64,000 nucleotides of DNA from Gammaproteobacteria bacterium (GTDB taxonomy: Bacteria > Pseudomonadota > Gammaproteobacteria > Eutrophobiales > Eutrophobiaceae). Position numbers and translations under genes: made by a program. The notes beneath the pieces were generated by a model that did not search any database, was not told the DNA's origin, and saw only the letters and a program-made list of their open reading frames with translations. How positions within the stretch are numbered: position 1 is the stretch's first letter; the number at the start of each line of letters is the position of its first letter. Location: assembly GCA_965221695.1 (NCBI GenBank), contig OZ244905.1:2944001-3008000 (forward strand). The letters are read 5' to 3'. Below are positions 59,521-64,000 of the stretch, piece after piece.

Positions 59521-61272
59521 TTATGCGCTTTCGGCTTGTAAGTCGGCAGCCTGCGTCAGGTCTACTCTATCGATAAAACCCTTGCGCGCGGCCACGCGGG
59601 ATAATTTACCAGATGAAGTGCGCGGCAGAGTATGCGGGTCTACCAGGTCCACATAGCAGTAAATCCCGAAGCCCTCATACACCTTTCGCTGTAACTGCTT
59701 GATCAATGATTGTCTGGCCGTACTATCGGTAAGACGGCATTCAACCACCAGCACGACTATCTGCTGTTCATTATCGAGTTCGATATCGAATGCCGAGGAC
59801 TCGCCCATCCTGATCTCGTCCATTTCTTCGGCTATTTCTTCAAGGTCCTGGGCGCGGATATTCCTGCCGTTTACGATGATGATGTCTTTGCGGCGTCCCG
59901 TCAGGTAAAGGTTGTCACGGTACAGGTAGCCTAAATCGCCGGTATCCAGCCAGCCATTTTCCAGTATCACCCGAGCGGTCGCTTCCTGGTCGTCCAGATA
60001 GCCGCTCATCAGGCTTGGGCCTTTGACCAGCACCCTGCCCACACGCAGGTCGGGTTGCAACTCGCCATCGTTATCGACGATCCTGATCTCGTGCTCAGGT
60101 AGCGCGCTGCCGCAATTCACTATTTCATTCACCTTACGGTTGTCCGCCTGCACGCGTACTGCGATGCCTCGTTCGGCCATGGTCAGCGCATCGACCGACA
60201 TCACGTCCAGGCCACAGTCCAGTTCCGAGAAGGTCGCGGCGAGTGATGCCTCGGCCAGCCCGTAACAGGGCAGGAACGCATTGGAGTCGAACCCGGTTTC
60301 GGCCATCGTCTTTGCAAATGCCTTGAAGGTGCTGGAACGTAACATCTCTGCGCCGATACCGGCAATGCGCCAACAACTCAGGTCAAGCTGTTGCAGGTCA
60401 GCGCTGCGAATCCTACGGGTACAGAGTTCGTAACCGAATGGCGGCGAGAAAGCGATGGTGCAGCGATTCCGGCTGATTAGGCGCAACCATTGCAGGGGAC
60501 GGATGGCAAAATCCCTGGTGCGCAGGTAATCTACGGATAACTGGGAGGCTATCGGACCGAGCACGAAACCCACCAGTCCCATGTCATGATAGAACGGCAA
60601 CCAGGAGGCGCAGCGGTCTCCATTATGGACTTTCAGGCCGGTTCTTGTGATCCCTTGCAGGTTGCTCATTACCGCCTTGCCGGTGATGATAACGCCTTGC
60701 GGCATCCGTGTGCTGCCCGATGTGAACTGCAAGTAGGCCGGCTCTTCGGGTCTGCTCGGTTGCATGGGACGTTCTGACGGAGCGATGCTGGCCAGTTGAT
60801 CCGGCGTGCCGATCCATTCAAGGCGCTCGTTGTCCGCGGCAGCCTCCTCAAGGAAGCTGATGAATTCTTTATGTGCGATGGCCACCTTCGCCCTGCCACT
60901 GTCAAGCAGTCCTTTGAGCTGCTGCACATAAACTGCATGGCTGCCCAGATTCAAGGGTATCGGCATCGCGAAGGGGACAAGCCCGACATACTGGCAGGCG
61001 AAGAACAGGACGATGAAATCCGGATGGGTGTCCGCGATGAGCGCGATGTGGTCGCCACGCTTCAGATTCAGCTTTAGCAGGCGTTTAGCGGTCAGCTTCG
61101 CTTGCTGTTGCAGCTCACTGTACGGCAGGACCGCGTTGAGATTGCCTTTTGCGTCATAAAAATTGCAGCCGGTAACACCAGCGGCGGCATAATCCAGAGC
61201 TTCGGACAAACAGGAGAATCCGGCCAGGTTTTGGCCTATTGTATTGCTAGTGTTCGTTGCTTCTCGGTTCAC
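59521..61272 (-). CDS. Fatty acyl-AMP ligase / acyl-ACP synthetase
   Basis: YLQFTSGST..P.GV, SWLPFYHDMGL, CYGLAEA, WLDTGD and LPRTSSGK. Confidence 0.9.
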   Translation of the reverse strand: MNREATNTSNTIGQNLAGFSCLSEALDYAAAGVTGCNFYDAKGNLNAVLPYSELQQQAKLTAKRLLKLNLKRGDHIALIADTHPDFIVLFFACQYVGLVPFAMPIPLNLGSHAVYVQQLKGLLDSGRAKVAIAHKEFISFLEEAAADNERLEWIGTPDQLASIAPSERPMQPSRPEEPAYLQFTSGSTRMPQGVIITGKAVMSNLQGITRTGLKVHNGDRCASWLPFYHDMGLVGFVLGPIASQLSVDYLRTRDFAIRPLQWLRLISRNRCTIAFSPPFGYELCTRRIRSADLQQLDLSCWRIAGIGAEMLRSSTFKAFAKTMAETGFDSNAFLPCYGLAEASLAATFSELDCGLDVMSVDALTMAERGIAVRVQADNRKVNEIVNCGSALPEHEIRIVDNDGELQPDLRVGRVLVKGPSLMSGYLDDQEATARVILENGWLDTGDLGYLYRDNLYLTGRRKDIIIVNGRNIRAQDLEEIAEEMDEIRMGESSAFDIELDNEQQIVVLVVECRLTDSTARQSLIKQLQRKVYEGFGIYCYVDLVDPHTLPRTSSGKLSRVAARKGFIDRVDLTQAADLQAESA

Positions 61273-61531
61273 AGTGAATAAACCCCCGTCTCGTTTTTTT
61301 TCACGCCGGTTGACAAAGGTAGATTTATTTTTGGTTTATTACAGAGTCCATCCGCAAGCATAGGATAATCATCCAGTTCTTTTCAAATTATAAATTATAA
61401 ACATAAAATACGTCCAGTGTATATCTTTATACTCAGTCTAGGTCGACAAATATTACACAACCTGAGAAAAACTTCCAGCTTTTTTTGTAAATCCCCTTGA
61501 TTGTTGTGTAAATTTTACTAACTGGCCTGCT

Positions 61532-61660
61532 CCCCATACCATTCCCGTGAAAACGGGAATCCAGTGAGACAACGGGTCGCCCCCCGTTTTCACGGGGGTT
61601 GGCTCTGCGGACGACACACTATTTGACTGTACCCCCGCGGTTGCGGGAGCGGTACGGGCG
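61532..61660. repeat. Composite REP-like element, family A
   Basis: ccattcccgtgaaaacgggaatccagtgagacaac, gtcgcccccgttttcacgggg and atttgactgtacccccgcggttgcgggagcggtacgg. Confidence 0.72.
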
Positions 61661-61789
61661 AATGCCTTGGCCCGTACGAAAAGTTACATGCAATCGGGGT
61701 GTGCAGAGAGCTGATCATTAGGGTTTAGGCAGAGCAAACGTATATTATATATTTCACCGCTTCCCTGGGAGCGCGGGCGAGACGCCGCG

Positions 61790-62236
61790 TTAGGCTGGCC
61801 ATGCAGACCTCAAATCATCCAGTAATTGCTTGAACACCTTGTCCTGCAAGGAGTTGTGCTGCGCCAGGTCCGGCGGACCTGGCCAAGCGGTATCGGAAAA
61901 AAACGCTCCTCCGTAGCTGCGCTCAGACGCATACCGGGGTATTACATGAAAGTGGACATGGGGGTCTACCATCATTAGCATCAGATAGTTCAGTTTATCA
62001 TGGCGGAAAAGATGCGATAATACCGAGTCAATGTCGCGTGTTACCCGGGCCAGTTCGGTAAATGCGGCTTCGTTGAGCTGGGAAAAAGCCGTCACAGGTT
62101 CGCGTGCGACCAGCGCCAGGGCGCCTAGCGTCACCTGGGCGGGACGCAGCAGCACGAGCCATGTAGAATAAGTATGGATGCAGGTTTCCGGGGCGCCGAA
62201 TTTCAACATTGTTTCGTTCAGGGCATTGGATGACAT
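61790..62236 (-). CDS. HIT family protein
   Basis: KLNYLMLMMVDPHVHFHVIPRY histidine triad. Confidence 0.9.
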   Translation of the reverse strand: MSSNALNETMLKFGAPETCIHTYSTWLVLLRPAQVTLGALALVAREPVTAFSQLNEAAFTELARVTRDIDSVLSHLFRHDKLNYLMLMMVDPHVHFHVIPRYASERSYGGAFFSDTAWPGPPDLAQHNSLQDKVFKQLLDDLRSAWPA

Positions 62237-62280
62237 ACGCGGTTTCGCCGATCAACAAAAAAAGTCTGCGCATATAGTAA

Positions 62281-63459
62281 ATGATGAAGCGCCAAGGGTC
62301 AAAGTCAATTTTACAGGAACAAAGCCAGCGGTCCGAGCCGATCCGGGTCATTCCGGTGACCAATCGGCGTCAGCTTGCCGCGTTTATTCGTGTGCCTTGG
62401 GGTCTGTACGCGCAAGATCCCCTTTGGGTCCCGCCGTTGAAGCTCGAACGCAGGTTGCATTTCTCCTCCCTGAATCCTTATTTTGCTCATGGCCGCTGGC
62501 AGGGCTGGGTTGCCTGGCGTGGCGCTCGGCCGGTCGGTCGCATCAGCGCCCAGGTCGACGATCTGCATCGCAGACATTACCGCGTGAAATCCGGCCATTT
62601 CGGTTTTCTCGAATGTGAGAACGACCCGGAGGCAATGCGCGCGCTGATTACAGAGAGCGAACGCTGGTTGGCGCAATATCAAACCGAAGAGATCACCGGT
62701 CCGTTCAATTTTTCCATCAACCAGGAATGCGGATTGCTGGTGGATGGTTTTGGCACACCACCGGCGCTCATGATGCCTCATAACCATCATTGGTATGCGG
62801 AGTTGCTTGAACAGCAGGGCTATTCCCCGGCGAAAGACCTGTATGCTTACTGGGTCGATCCTGCTTTCGTCATACCGCCTGTTATGCAGAGACTGGTGGA
62901 CAGGTTCGGCAAGTCCGTTCGGCTGCGCGGATTGAACCGGAAGCGTTTCAAACAGGAACTGGAGACTTTGCGTAGCATTTTTAATGATGCCTGGTCGAAC
63001 AATTGGGGTTTTGTCCCGTTTACCCAAGAGGAATTTGCGGAGTTGGGAACCAGCCTGAGGTTGTTTGTGCCGGATGACTTTATCCGCATTGCGGAATACG
63101 AAGGCGAGCCGGTTGCGTTTATTGTTGCCTTGCCCAATCTGAACGAAGTGATTCGCGACCTGGATGGCAACCTGTTTCCTGCTGGATTGCTCAAACTTAT
63201 CATCGCCTTGCGCAAGCGTCGAATCAAAACCGGCAGAATTCCATTGATGGGTGTGCGTAAGACGCTGCAGAATACCCCGCTGGGTATCGCGCTGGCATTG
63301 ATTGTAATCCACGACCTCAGGCAGAAGGTTGTCGCCGCCGGGATGACGGGCGTGGAAATGTCCTGGATACTGGAAGATAACAAGGCTATGCGCAGCATCC
63401 TTGAAAGGATTGGCAGCAAGTTGTACAAGACCTACCGTATCTACCGGAAATCGGTCTGA
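62281..63459 (+). CDS. GNAT-fold protein, probable bacterial ceramide synthase (bCerS-like)
   Basis: DP.WVPPL..ER, VGRISAQ.D, GPF.FSINQECGLL..GF, IFNDAWS.NWGFVPFT and EMSWILEDN..M; sphingolipid cluster context. Confidence 0.78.
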   Translation: MMKRQGSKSILQEQSQRSEPIRVIPVTNRRQLAAFIRVPWGLYAQDPLWVPPLKLERRLHFSSLNPYFAHGRWQGWVAWRGARPVGRISAQVDDLHRRHYRVKSGHFGFLECENDPEAMRALITESERWLAQYQTEEITGPFNFSINQECGLLVDGFGTPPALMMPHNHHWYAELLEQQGYSPAKDLYAYWVDPAFVIPPVMQRLVDRFGKSVRLRGLNRKRFKQELETLRSIFNDAWSNNWGFVPFTQEEFAELGTSLRLFVPDDFIRIAEYEGEPVAFIVALPNLNEVIRDLDGNLFPAGLLKLIIALRKRRIKTGRIPLMGVRKTLQNTPLGIALALIVIHDLRQKVVAAGMTGVEMSWILEDNKAMRSILERIGSKLYKTYRIYRKSV

Positions 63460-63586
63460 TCCGTCGTTCTCACCATACTGCTTGCTGTTACCGGCCATAT
63501 TCCCGTTATGTTCATTTATAAATTTTTTCAACATGACACGGTGCGCTTGCTGCGCCGCCGCTTGTCTTGTTTCTGCTTGCAGGCAA

Positions 63587-64000
63587 ATGCCGCTTGAACG
63601 CAAAATTGTCGCCTTGACGCTTGCCGCGGATCGTAACGCCGGGGACGCAGTAGCGAAGGTTGCCGGCGTTCCTTCCAAGGGACTGGCGCCGTTGGCAGGA
63701 ATACCCATGATAGTGCGGGTGTTGAATGCGTTGCTGGCGTGCGGGCGGCTGGACTCCATCCTGTTATGCGGGCCCGCGCCGGCAGCCGTCGATGCTTGCC
63801 CGCCGTTGCGAGAACTCATCGATCAGGAAGCTGTCTCCTGGTTCCCTGCGGAGGACAGTCTGAGCGGCAGCGTGCTGGCGGGACTGGCCAGGATGGATCC
63901 CGATGCGCTGGCGTTGATAACGACTGCCGACCACGCATTGCTTGATGCCGGGATAGTCGATTATTTTCTGGATCGGGTCCTGGACGGCCGCGCCGACGTC
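63587..64000 (+). CDS. Nucleotidyltransferase (MobA-like NTP transferase), partial
   Basis: Not in the ORF track because it runs off the end. Manual translation: MPLERKIVALTLAADRNAGDAVAKVAGVPSKGLAPLAGIPMIVRVL...LITTADHALL. Confidence 0.8.
   Translation, partial: MPLERKIVALTLAADRNAGDAVAKVAGVPSKGLAPLAGIPMIVRVLNALLACGRLDSILLCGPAPAAVDACPPLRELIDQEAVSWFPAEDSLSGSVLAGLARMDPDALALITTADHALLDAGIVDYFLDRVLDGRADV

Noticed and set aside
62311-63819. 502-aa minus-strand ORF and other long antisense ORFs (3312-4406, 17104-18087, 30403-31440, 34477-35397)
   Set aside because: Shadow frames opposite well-supported genes in GC-rich DNA, with no recognisable motifs.

Overview
GC-rich proteobacterial (probably gammaproteobacterial) chromosomal segment dominated by membrane-lipid biosynthesis and interrupted by two accessory catabolic blocks. 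It holds: (i) a split hopanoid cluster (hpnA, CDP-alcohol phosphotransferase, hpnN, hpnG, squalene synthase and hpnL-like at 0-7.9 kb; mlaA, hpnM, hpnB, hpnH and dxs at 26-32 kb); (ii) a phosphonate operon (pgi, cytidylyltransferase, PEP mutase-nucleotidyltransferase fusion, phosphonopyruvate decarboxylase; 32.4-37.7 kb); (iii) a bacterial sphingolipid cluster (fatty acyl-AMP ligase, CerR-like reductase, ACP, serine palmitoyltransferase, flippase, HIT, bCerS-like GNAT, NTP transferase; 55.8-64 kb). Accessory block 1 (8-19.9 kb) encodes a reductive-dehalogenase-like Fe-S protein, TonB receptor, LysR, CoA ligase, SemiSWEET-like protein, IacB-like protein, SDR and hydantoinase A/B. Accessory block 2 (37.8-48.8 kb, beside tRNA-Arg(CCT)) encodes TTQ amine dehydrogenase subunits, a MocD/MocE-like pair, a divergent DRE-TIM enzyme, a TonB receptor, a Rieske oxygenase and DUF1116. 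Also present are argS with atypical active-site motifs, glcB, metF, a coupled trio of His-x-His membrane proteins plus a Kelch protein, and at least five families of non-autonomous repeats, one of which sits in-frame inside pgi and hpnG. All calls come from reading motifs by eye; no database searches were run.
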